A stretch of 64,000 nt of DNA from Escherichia phage vB_EcoM_VR25: sequence record NC_028925.1, one strand, 5' to 3'. Position 1 is the first letter of the stretch, and every line of letters starts with the position of its first letter. Position numbers and translations under genes: made by a program. Below are positions 63,237 through 64,000 of the stretch, piece by piece. The notes beneath the pieces are model-generated. The model saw nothing but the letters and a program-made list of their open reading frames with translations, made no database searches and was not told where the DNA came from.

Positions 63237-63581
63237 CTAGAGTTGTATACCACTTCTGCAATATTCTAAAAATAATTTATTGTTGTCTACTGTATCCCAC
63301 CGGCGCCAAGATGAATTCCAGACCAAAGCATTATCACCACAATCGTTAAGCTTGAAATGGTCGTAATACATAGCTATACGCTTGGTCTCGTCAGCGGAGA
63401 ATCCTAATATAGACTCGCCATGAGTATGGTACATATGGTGATGCATGGAGAGGTCGCATTTATAAAACGTTTCACGCTTACCGCGGACGAACAAGAATGC
63501 TTGTCCATCCATATAAAATTCTTTATCTGTTTTTAAAAGATATTTGAATACTGAATCTCTGTGCATAGGTCCTCCTATCAC
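63237..63581 (-). CDS. hypothetical His-rich protein, 114 aa
   Basis: MHHHMYHTHGES cluster. Confidence 0.4.
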   Translation of the reverse strand: MIGGPMHRDSVFKYLLKTDKEFYMDGQAFLFVRGKRETFYKCDLSMHHHMYHTHGESILGFSADETKRIAMYYDHFKLNDCGDNALVWNSSWRRWDTVDNNKLFLEYCRSGIQL

Positions 63582-63596
63582 ATCCTTGTGATAATT

Positions 63597-63821
63597 TTAG
63601 CAGCTGCTCGGGTACCAGATTTTACCATCCGGGTGAGCAACAAAGGTGCGTCCAGCTTCTTCGCCATAACAAGAGCTATTCAACCAGTCTTCAAGACGAA
63701 CTTCACCATCATAATCGTCGAGCTCAATACCGAAATCTTGAGCAGAAGCCATATCTTTAACTTTCTTATACAACGCAGCCAGTTCAAGAGCTGCTTTTTC
63801 TAATTCATTAATATCAGACAT
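63597..63821 (-). CDS. hypothetical acidic protein, 74 aa
   Basis: ORF in the array. Confidence 0.4.
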   Translation of the reverse strand: MSDINELEKAALELAALYKKVKDMASAQDFGIELDDYDGEVRLEDWLNSSCYGEEAGRTFVAHPDGKIWYPSSC

Positions 63822-64000
63822 TTTTATTCCTTAGCAAGACATAGAGGAGTTAAACCAGAAACCTTTACCTTCTGGGATACCATAATCACCGTGAATCCAG
63901 TCATATTTTTTATATTCTGGGCTGCCCGCAGGAATATATCGCTGAAGACTGTCAGCATATACATGAAAGTATTCACCAGTTTTATCGGCCAGCTGTTCAC

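Noticed and set aside
1-64000. CRISPR array, IS element, integrase or prophage attachment site
   Set aside because: No spacer-repeat arrays, no transposase or integrase-like ORFs and no long terminal inverted repeats; repeats found are promoter/terminator cassettes and one 20-bp tandem duplication

Overview
This window reads as the early/replication region of a T4-like (T-even type) myovirus, running from rIIA at the left edge to the lysozyme (e)/nudE region on the right. Nearly all genes are on the minus strand, tightly packed and often joined by ATGA/TAATG start-stop overlaps. All calls rest on reading the ORF translations and motifs by eye and on recall of T4 proteins; no searches were run. 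Recognisable core genes in order: rIIA, unsplit topoisomerase gene 39, dexA, dda, srd-like, two ADP-ribosyltransferases (modA/modB-like), soc, 56, 61, sp, dmd, 41, 40, uvsX, imm, 43, regA, 62, 44, 45, rpbA, 46, 47, 55, nrdH, nrdG, nrdD (no intron), 49, nrdC, tk, regB, denV, e, nudE. Between them sit many small accessory ORFs, several repeated promoter-terminator cassettes resembling promoter-early stem-loops (PeSLs), and UUCG-loop terminators. The most interesting candidates are: a membrane protein translationally coupled to a Pol-beta-fold nucleotidyltransferase (48140-49795); a macrodomain protein (53826-54305); four internal-protein genes with the MKTYQEF capsid-targeting leader around denV; a lipoprotein gene occupying the slot where T4 has beta-gt and gene 42; and a 20-bp tandem duplication that shifts the frame of a small gene. 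No tRNA, rRNA, CRISPR array or transposon was seen.
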